From: Fusobacteriota bacterium
GTDB taxonomy: Bacteria > Fusobacteriota > Fusobacteriia > Fusobacteriales > JBNJFI01
NCBI GenBank assembly: GCA_051746725.1
Contig: JBNJFI010000040.1
Span: 7,367-18,266 of the forward strand
Reading direction: 5' to 3'
Length of the DNA stretch: 10,900 nt
Below are positions 1-5,939 of this stretch, piece by piece (the first letter of the stretch is position 1; each line of letters starts with the position of its first letter). The position numbers and the translations under genes are program-made. Under the pieces are notes generated by a model, which was given only the letters and a program-made list of their open reading frames with translations, did not search any database and was not told where the DNA came from.

Positions 1-284
1 TGAGTATATTCGAATTAACCATGTTAGTATGTTTTGGATTAGCTTGGCCTGTCTCGGTTTATAAATCAATGAAGACGAAAAGTACTGAGGGAAAAAGCCT
101 CGGGTTTATGTACATTATTTTGATTGGGTACATAGCTGGGATAACACATAAAATAATTTATAGCTTTGATATAGTGATATATGTATATATTATAAATTTT
201 TTGATGGTAGTTTTGGATATATTTTTATATTATAGAAACCAAAAATACGAAAAGGCAAAGGCAAGATTAAAAAATTCTTTTTAA
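1..284 (+). CDS. PQ-loop repeat / SemiSWEET-like small membrane protein (start probably cut by window edge)
   Basis: Three hydrophobic segments and a 'CFGLAWPVSVYKS..TKSTEGKS' helix-loop motif. The frame is open upstream of ATG21 (agt ata ttc gaa tta acc = SIFELT) and the window begins with 'TG', so the true start is likely an NTG one base before the window (MSIFELTMLVCFG...). Stop TAA 282-284. Confidence 0.75.
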   Translation, partial: SIFELTMLVCFGLAWPVSVYKSMKTKSTEGKSLGFMYIILIGYIAGITHKIIYSFDIVIYVYIINFLMVVLDIFLYYRNQKYEKAKARLKNSF

Positions 285-322
285 TTGAATCTTAAATATA
301 TTAATTTTATATTTATTTTTGT

Positions 323-361
323 AATATAGATGTAGATAGATTAAAAATCTACATCTATATT
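323..361 (+). terminator. Perfect 15-bp inverted repeat, probable terminator/stem-loop after the PQ-loop gene
   Basis: AATATAGATGTAGAT (323-337), 9-nt loop, ATCTACATCTATATT (347-361); about 40 nt after the stop. The U-tail is short. Confidence 0.6.
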
Positions 362-401
362 TAAAATCCAGAAGAAAATAATAGTTATAAAGGTAAATTT
401 T

Positions 402-430
402 TTTAAGCTGAAACATTAAGATATTATAAT
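402..430 (+). promoter_or_regulatory. Possible sigma70 promoter for the NifX-TDT pair
   Basis: TATAAT at 425-430 with a weak -35 (TTTAAG 402-407) at 17-bp spacing. The AT-rich background makes this weak evidence. Confidence 0.3.
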
Positions 431-452
431 ATTAAAATAATTGGAGGTAGTT

Positions 453-881
453 ATGGAATTAAAAGTAGCGTGTGCAACAGATAATGGGAAAAAAATTAAA
501 AAAGATCACTTTGGTGATGCAAAATACTATCAAATCTATAGACTCAGCAAGAAAGAGATAAAATATATAAAAAAAATATCAAATCCTAAAAATAATCACG
601 AACACGAAGATGATCATGTAACAGGTGATCCAAAAAAGGCAAATGAGATTTCAAAAATATTAAAGAAAAATGGAATAAATGTTATGTTAGGTTATCAAAT
701 AGGTCCAAATATTGTTAGAATGAAAAAGAAATTTGTACCTGTAATATCGAGAAAATTGGATATAGATGAAAGCTTAAAGGACTTGCAAAAGGTTTTAGAA
801 AATATTTTTAAAGAATATAAAAAAGGGAAAAGTAGGTCACATATAATACTAAAAAATGATCAAAGGAGAAGATATGAATGA
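453..881 (+). CDS. NifB/NifX (dinitrogenase FeMo-cofactor biosynthesis, IssA-like) family protein
   Basis: 'KVACATDNG...DHFGDAKYYQIY' N-terminus and 'VMLGYQIGPN' motif. RBS GGAGGT 443-448 favours ATG453 over TTG441. His/acid-rich loop HEHEDDH. Confidence 0.85.
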   Translation: MELKVACATDNGKKIKKDHFGDAKYYQIYRLSKKEIKYIKKISNPKNNHEHEDDHVTGDPKKANEISKILKKNGINVMLGYQIGPNIVRMKKKFVPVISRKLDIDESLKDLQKVLENIFKEYKKGKSRSHIILKNDQRRRYE

Positions 882-1957
882 AGATATCTAATAAGGTAAA
901 GAGATTTATTCCGTCATGGTTTTCGGTTATCATGGGAACAGGAATACTTCCAATAGCACTAATGCTAGGAAAAGCAGAAGTACCTATGTATGAAACAATT
1001 GCAAAGATAGGATTTGGATTAGCATTGGTTCTTTTTATAATGATTTTAATACCATGGTTACTTAGATTTTTTATGTATCCAGGCGAGGTCAAAAAAGATT
1101 TTTTACATCCAGTTTTGGGGAGTTTTTTTCCGACAATGCCGATATCACTTTTAACTTTATCAATTGGATTTTTAGTGGTAGGAGAAGAACTATCTTTTTT
1201 GAGTGAACACGCATCTGTCAAAATAGCAACTTGGCTATTTATTTTGGGAACAATAGGAATAATTGTTTTAGGATTAATAATATTACCAATCGTGTTTACT
1301 GCAAAAAAGATTGATTTACAGCATGCAAACTTTGGATGGTTTATTCCGCCGGTATCGCATCTATTTATAACTATAGTAGGATTGGATTTACTTAATTATT
1401 ATCCAAATAGTACAATGGGAGACGGTCTATTTTTAATTTCAATGATTGCTTTTGGAATTGGATCAGTTTTATTTATTTTTGTTGGATCAGCAGTATACCA
1501 TAGATATACGTATCATGAATTACCGGCTTCTAAGTTAGCAGCTACTTTTTTTATAGGTATGGTACCCACTGCAAAAATAACTATTATATCTGCCAAGGCG
1601 CATAAATCATTAGCTTTTACATCTTATGATTTAAATATGGATGTTATCCAAACTATAGCGAAATTAGTAGGGTTAATAGCATGGGGATTTTCTATATGGT
1701 GGTTTCTTTTGGCTGTTGTAGTTTTATTGGAAAAGGTAGTCAAAAAAGATTTACCATTTGCCTTGAGTTGGTGGGCTTTTGCATTTCCAATTGGTGCTTT
1801 AGCCGTTTCTACAGGGGCAATAGGGAAAATAGTTCCAAACATATTATTTACCGTAATACTGCATATTTTAATTGTTATCTTTCTAATTGTTTGGGTTACA
1901 AATTTAATAAATACATATAAAGGAATAAAACGTGAAAGCTGTTTTGAAGAACATTAA
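878..1957 (+). CDS. TDT family (tellurite-resistance/C4-dicarboxylate, TehA/SLAC1) transporter/anion channel
   Basis: About 10 hydrophobic helices; motifs 'PSWFSVIMGTG', 'HPVLGSFFPTMPIS', 'WFIPPV', 'FALSWWAFAFP'. RBS AAGGAG 863-868; ATGA overlap with the upstream stop. Confidence 0.9.
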   Translation: MKISNKVKRFIPSWFSVIMGTGILPIALMLGKAEVPMYETIAKIGFGLALVLFIMILIPWLLRFFMYPGEVKKDFLHPVLGSFFPTMPISLLTLSIGFLVVGEELSFLSEHASVKIATWLFILGTIGIIVLGLIILPIVFTAKKIDLQHANFGWFIPPVSHLFITIVGLDLLNYYPNSTMGDGLFLISMIAFGIGSVLFIFVGSAVYHRYTYHELPASKLAATFFIGMVPTAKITIISAKAHKSLAFTSYDLNMDVIQTIAKLVGLIAWGFSIWWFLLAVVVLLEKVVKKDLPFALSWWAFAFPIGALAVSTGAIGKIVPNILFTVILHILIVIFLIVWVTNLINTYKGIKRESCFEEH

Positions 1958-1986
1958 GTAATAATAATAAAAAGATTAAAAAATAC

Positions 1987-2015
1987 TTGACAAAATGGAA
2001 AATTAGAAGTATAAT
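1987..2015 (+). promoter_or_regulatory. Consensus sigma70/sigmaA promoter
   Basis: TTGACA (1987-1992), 17 bp, TATAAT (2010-2015): a perfect consensus, with A-rich sequence upstream. Confidence 0.9.
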
Positions 2016-2084
2016 ATATTTGTGCATATACACAAAAAGAAGCGTAAAGAGTAAGTTTTTTTAAATTATATTTGTGCATATACA
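2015..2084. promoter_or_regulatory. Two identical 18-bp boxes, putative repressor operators
   Basis: TATATTTGTGCATATACA at 2015-2032 and 2067-2084 (52 bp apart). Copy 1 extends to the near-palindrome TTTGTGCATATACACAAA (2019-2036, 8 of 9 pairs). Confidence 0.75.
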
Positions 2085-2102
2085 AAATAAAGGAGGTGCA
2101 AT

Positions 2103-2306
2103 ATGCCAGCAGGAAATAGAAAAGGTCCCAATGGAGAAGGACCAAAAACAGGACGAGGATTAGGAAAATGTTCTGAAACTGGAAATACTCAAGGCTTGGG
2201 AAATGGAACACCTATGGGAAATGGATCAGGACGAGGATTAGGAAATGGACCAAGAGATGGAAGAGGACGAAAAGATGGACAGGGAAGAGGAAAAAATCGA
2301 AAATAA
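2103..2306 (+). CDS. DUF5320-like Gly/Arg-rich small protein (short paralog)
   Basis: N-terminal 'MPAGNRKGPNGEGPKTGRGLGKC' signature; strong RBS AGGAGGT 2091-2097. Confidence 0.8.
   Translation: MPAGNRKGPNGEGPKTGRGLGKCSETGNTQGLGNGTPMGNGSGRGLGNGPRDGRGRKDGQGRGKNRK
2149..2245 (+). repeat. 19-bp intragenic direct repeat encoding GRGLG
   Basis: CAGGACGAGGATTAGGAAA at 2149-2167 and 2227-2245 (78 bp apart, in frame). Confidence 0.7.
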
Positions 2307-2335
2307 CTTTAAAAACTATAAAAGGAGGAATTATT

Positions 2336-2644
2336 ATGCCAGCAGGAGACAGAACAGGACCAAATGGAGAAGGATCAATGACTGGAAAACAAATGGGAAG
2401 ATGTAGAAATACTAAAAATACGGAATCTTTTAATAATCCAAGGGGATTTGGTCGAGGTTGTAGAAAAGACAGTCGGGGATCTGGAAGAAGAAATAATGGT
2501 CTTGGAAGAGGATATGGATCTAGAAGGTATCCAAATAGTTTTATGGATATGGATAATCAAAAAAGTTTTTTAGAAAATGAAAAAGATAGACTTGAAAATC
2601 AAATAGATGCTCTTAAAAAAAGAATTGATGAATTAGAAGAGTGA
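2336..2644 (+). CDS. DUF5320-like Gly/Arg-rich protein with C-terminal coiled coil
   Basis: 'MPAGDRTGPNGEGSMTGKQMGRC', GRG repeats, heptad tail 'LENEKDRLENQIDALKKRIDELEE'; RBS AGGAGG upstream. Confidence 0.85.
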   Translation: MPAGDRTGPNGEGSMTGKQMGRCRNTKNTESFNNPRGFGRGCRKDSRGSGRRNNGLGRGYGSRRYPNSFMDMDNQKSFLENEKDRLENQIDALKKRIDELEE

Positions 2645-2653
2645 TAAGACAAA

Positions 2654-2677
2654 AAAGGGAGCAGGAATGCTCCTTTT
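2654..2677 (+). terminator. Intra-operon hairpin (terminator/attenuator-like)
   Basis: AAAGGGAGCA-GGAA-TGCTCCTTTT: GC-rich stem, GNRA tetraloop, U4 tail, about 10 nt after the stop. Confidence 0.6.
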
Positions 2678-2700
2678 ACTAAAATAAAATGGAGGTAAAA

Positions 2701-3072
2701 ATGAAAGTAGCAGTAATTTCTAAAGGAAAAGAATTAACATCAAAAATGGATCAAAGGTTTGGAAGAGGTGAAGGATTTATAATAGTTGATACTGAAACTA
2801 TGGATTTTGATTGGATTAATAATGAAGCTAAAAATGCAAGTGGAGGAGCAGGTCCACAAGCTGCAAAGTTGATTGCAGATAATGGTGCAGAAGCGATTAT
2901 TTTATATAAAAATTTAGGACCAAAGGCAGCTAGTACTTTAGATAGCTTTGAAATCAAGGCATATCTAAGAGGAGATGCAACCACTGTAAAGGAAGCTGTA
3001 AGTTTATTTAAAGATAATAAGTTAGAAGAGGTAAATGGATCTAACGTTGAAGAGCATAGCGGTTTAAAATAA
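2701..3072 (+). CDS. NifB/NifX family (FeMo-cofactor-binding-like) protein
   Basis: 'MKVAVIS.G......MDQRFGR...FIIVD', 'N.A....GGAGPQAAKLIA', 'LGPKA'. RBS GGAGGT 2691-2696 favours ATG2701 over ATG2689. Confidence 0.88.
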   Translation: MKVAVISKGKELTSKMDQRFGRGEGFIIVDTETMDFDWINNEAKNASGGAGPQAAKLIADNGAEAIILYKNLGPKAASTLDSFEIKAYLRGDATTVKEAVSLFKDNKLEEVNGSNVEEHSGLK

Positions 3073-3085
3073 GAGAGGAGAACTT

Positions 3086-3919
3086 ATGAAAATAGCGGTA
3101 TTAAGTGGAAAAGGAGGAACTGGAAAGACAACAGTTTCTACGAATTTAGCTATATCTTTAAAAAACTCAGTAATTATTGACTGTGATGTTGAAGAACCAA
3201 ATTCACATCTATTTTTAAATCCAGATATAAAGGAAGAAATAGATGTCAACAAGGAGTATCCTGATGTGGACATGAATAAATGCACTCTTTGTGGAAAATG
3301 TGGAGAATTTTGTAACTTTAATGCAATAATTCCAGCAAAAAAGGATGTAGTAGTTTTTAAAGAAAGTTGTCATAGTTGTGGTGGATGTGAAATGGTTTGT
3401 CCTTCGAATGCTATAACTTATCCCACAAGAGAAATAGGGAAAATATATGTAGGAGATACTGAACATGATAATAAACTAATATACGGGGAACTAAATTTAG
3501 GAGAACTTTCTGGAGTAGATATTATAGAACAGAGTTTAAAAATGACTAAAAATAAAGATTTGGTTATAATCGATTCTCCTCCTGGAACTTCTTGTTCCAC
3601 AGTTGCAGCAGTGGAACAGTCAGATTTTGCAATTGTAGTTACTGAACCTACACCATTTGGAGTAAGTGATATGAAAATGGTAGTTGAAATGTTAGAAGAG
3701 ATGAAAATTCCATTTGGAATTGTTGTTAATAAAGCAGGATTAGGCGATGGAGAAATATATGAATATGTTAAGGAGAAAAATCTAGATATATTAATGGAGA
3801 TTCCATTTGATAAGGAGATAGCCCATTGGTATTCAGAAGGGATTCCATTTGTTACACAAAAAAGTGAATATAAGGATGAATTTAAAAAAGTATATGAGAG
3901 AATTATACATGAGGATTAG
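3086..3919 (+). CDS. MinD-superfamily P-loop ATPase with inserted 4Fe-4S ferredoxin domain (COG1149-type), paralog A
   Basis: Deviant Walker A SGKGGTGKTT, DCDVEEPN, CTLCGKCGEFC and CHSCGGCEMVCP, IIDSPPGTSC, VTEPTPFG, VVNK. Confidence 0.92.
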   Translation: MKIAVLSGKGGTGKTTVSTNLAISLKNSVIIDCDVEEPNSHLFLNPDIKEEIDVNKEYPDVDMNKCTLCGKCGEFCNFNAIIPAKKDVVVFKESCHSCGGCEMVCPSNAITYPTREIGKIYVGDTEHDNKLIYGELNLGELSGVDIIEQSLKMTKNKDLVIIDSPPGTSCSTVAAVEQSDFAIVVTEPTPFGVSDMKMVVEMLEEMKIPFGIVVNKAGLGDGEIYEYVKEKNLDILMEIPFDKEIAHWYSEGIPFVTQKSEYKDEFKKVYERIIHED

Positions 3920-3963
3920 AGACTAATATATATTAAAATTTGAAAACGATTGGGAGGTGTGAT

Positions 3964-4821
3964 GTGGATTTAAATGAAATAGTTGTTATTTCTGGAAAAG
4001 GGGGAACAGGAAAAACGACGCTTGTAACATCTATGATCCCCTTTTTTGAAGATCTAGTCATTGGAGATTGCGATGTGGATGCACCGGATTTAGATATTAT
4101 ATTTGATAAGACTTTGGAAGATGAAAGAGAGTTCGTGGGAACCCAAAAAGCTGTAATAGATGAGGATAAATGTATTAATTGTGGAAGATGCCATGAAAGT
4201 TGTAATTTTAATGCAATAACATCTGATATTGAGATGAAAACTCATAAATGTGAAGGTTGTGGAGTTTGTGAATATGTTTGCCCAGTTGATGCAATTAGTA
4301 TGGTAGATGGAGTAGTTGGGAAAATATTTACATCTAAAACTGATTATGGAAAGATGGTTCATGCTAGATTAATACCAGGAGAAGAGACTTCTGGAAAATT
4401 GGTATCAGAAGTACGGAAGGTTGCAAAAAAGATAGCAGAAGATGAAGGCAAAATAAATATGCTAGTAGATGGATCTCCAGGTGTAGCTTGTAACGTTATC
4501 TCGTCTATGACAGGAGCAAAAAAGGCAATCATTGTAACAGAACCTACTCTATCTGGTTTACATGACTTAAAGAGAGTATATAACGTAACACAAAAATTCA
4601 GATTATCAGTAACTGTTGTTATAAATAAATATGACTTATCGGAAGATATGTCAAAAAAGATAGAAAATTACTGTGGTAAAAAGGACATAGAGGTAGGATT
4701 AAAAATACCTTTTGATAAATCTCTAGTTGAAGCTATTGTCAAAAAAGAAGTACCGTCTATATATAATAAAAATTTGTTTGAAAAAATTGGCTTTTTTGAC
4801 TTTGTAGAGAGTCTAAAATAA
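3964..4821 (+). CDS. MinD-superfamily P-loop ATPase with inserted 4Fe-4S ferredoxin domain (COG1149-type), paralog B
   Basis: SGKGGTGKTT, DCDVDAPDL, CINCGRCHESC and CEGCGVCEYVCP, GEETSGKLV, VDGSPGVAC, VTEPTLSG, INKYD. RBS GGAGGTG 3953-3959 favours GTG3964 over TTG3940. Confidence 0.9.
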   Translation: MDLNEIVVISGKGGTGKTTLVTSMIPFFEDLVIGDCDVDAPDLDIIFDKTLEDEREFVGTQKAVIDEDKCINCGRCHESCNFNAITSDIEMKTHKCEGCGVCEYVCPVDAISMVDGVVGKIFTSKTDYGKMVHARLIPGEETSGKLVSEVRKVAKKIAEDEGKINMLVDGSPGVACNVISSMTGAKKAIIVTEPTLSGLHDLKRVYNVTQKFRLSVTVVINKYDLSEDMSKKIENYCGKKDIEVGLKIPFDKSLVEAIVKKEVPSIYNKNLFEKIGFFDFVESLK

Positions 4822-4873
4822 TAATATTTTAATAATTCGAATTATTTAAAACCAAAAAATAATAAAAGGATCT

Positions 4874-4909
4874 AAAAAACAGGTAGCTACTAAAGTTATC
4901 TGTTTTTTT
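4874..4909 (+). terminator. Rho-independent terminator
   Basis: A6, stem CAGGTAGCT, loop ACTAA, stem AGTTATCTG, T7. Two G-U pairs favour the + strand. Confidence 0.8.
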
Positions 4910-4952
4910 ATTTGAGAATCAAATATAAAAAGCTTCAAAAAATAAGAATATA

Positions 4953-4981
4953 TTGACTTATATAAATTAATATCTTATAAT
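4953..4981 (+). promoter_or_regulatory. sigma70 promoter upstream of pcm
   Basis: TTGACT (4953-4958), 17 bp, TATAAT (4976-4981), just downstream of the terminator. Confidence 0.65.
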
Positions 4982-5180
4982 TACTTAAGTAGTGATATTT
5001 CTAAAAATAAAGTTACAGTAAAAAGTTAGTACAAAAAAATATATATATATAGGCATTAATTTTTGTTATTAATTATTGTAAGTGAATAGAAAATTAAGAT
5101 GTGAAAACTTAAGATTATAATAATTTAATTTTTTGAGCTAAATATAATTAAATTCTGATAATGTTTGAAAGGGGATTATT

Positions 5181-5810
5181 ATGAATTATAAGTATGAGAG
5201 AAAAATGATGGTAGAAAACCAGATACGTGGGCGAGGAGTTACAGATAAGAAACTTTTACAAGTTATGAAAACTGTAAAAAGACATGAGTTCATTCCAAAA
5301 ACTAAGAGAGAAAAAGCCTATGAAGATCATCCAATCACTATAGCTGGAGGACAAACAATTTCTCAGCCTTATATAGTAGCCTTTATGACAGAAAAATTAA
5401 ATATAAAATCAAGCGATAAAATATTAGAAATAGGAACAGGATCAGGATATCAGACAGTAATTTTAGCAAAATTGGCAAAAAAGGTCTATACTGTAGAGCG
5501 AATACCGGAGTTATATAATAGTTCCAAAAATAAATTTGAAGAATTAGGAATTAATAACATTGAATGTATACTGGGAAACGGATTTAAAGGATATAAAAAA
5601 GAAGCTCCATATGATGGAATAATTGTTACAGCAGCGCCTAAATCTGTTCCAAAAGAACTTATAAAACAGCTTAAAGAGGATGGAAATTTGATATTACCTG
5701 TAGGAAGTGGAATGGTTCAAGATTTGAAAATTTGCAAAAAAGGGTATGATGGTGTAGTAAAGAGTAAATCATTAATGAAAGTTAGGTTTGTACCGATGTT
5801 AGATGACTAA
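5181..5810 (+). CDS. pcm: Protein-L-isoaspartate(D-aspartate) O-methyltransferase
   Basis: 'RHEF', 'AYED.P..I..GQTISQPYIVAFM', SAM motif 'ILEIGTGSGYQ', 'APYDGIIVTAA', 'L..QL...G.LILPVG', 'VRFVPM'. Confidence 0.95.
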   Translation: MNYKYERKMMVENQIRGRGVTDKKLLQVMKTVKRHEFIPKTKREKAYEDHPITIAGGQTISQPYIVAFMTEKLNIKSSDKILEIGTGSGYQTVILAKLAKKVYTVERIPELYNSSKNKFEELGINNIECILGNGFKGYKKEAPYDGIIVTAAPKSVPKELIKQLKEDGNLILPVGSGMVQDLKICKKGYDGVVKSKSLMKVRFVPMLDD

Positions 5811-5870
5811 TTATCTGAAAGAAAAGTGGAAATAAATAATTTATATACTAGATTAAAATTCAAAAAATGG

Positions 5871-5900
5871 AAAAGTTAGCAGCAATAGGTTTAACTTTTT
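5871..5900 (+). terminator. Weak inverted repeat after pcm, possible leaky terminator
   Basis: AAAAGTTAG (5871-5879) pairs with TTAACTTTT (5891-5899); AT-rich stem, 11-nt loop. Confidence 0.35.
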
Positions 5901-5939
5901 AATAAAATTATAAAAGCACTCGGAAAGAAGGGAATATAA

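Noticed and set aside
2015..2084. Direct repeats with a 34-bp gap as a mini-CRISPR
   Set aside because: Only two 18-bp copies, no cas genes, and the position between promoter and RBS fits operators.
1954..2211. 85-aa minus-strand hydrophobic ORF
   Set aside because: It overlaps the promoter, the operator boxes and the DUF5320 gene; its hydrophobicity reflects the antisense of purine-rich DNA.
808..4362. Minus-strand and alternate-frame ORFs (808-1221, 1624-1842, 1681-1920, 2375-2560, 2751-2984, 3064-3285, 3215-3466, 3418-3600, 4090-4362)
   Set aside because: They are shadows of well-supported + strand genes, with no recognisable motifs.
453..4821. Nitrogen fixation, cell division (minD) or cobyrinate synthase assignment
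   Set aside because: No nifHDK/ENB, minC/minE or cob genes are present; the similarity is at fold or family level only.
5039..5051. (AT)n run as a phase-variable repeat
   Set aside because: It is short, lies outside the promoter spacer and coding sequence, and is expected in very AT-rich DNA.
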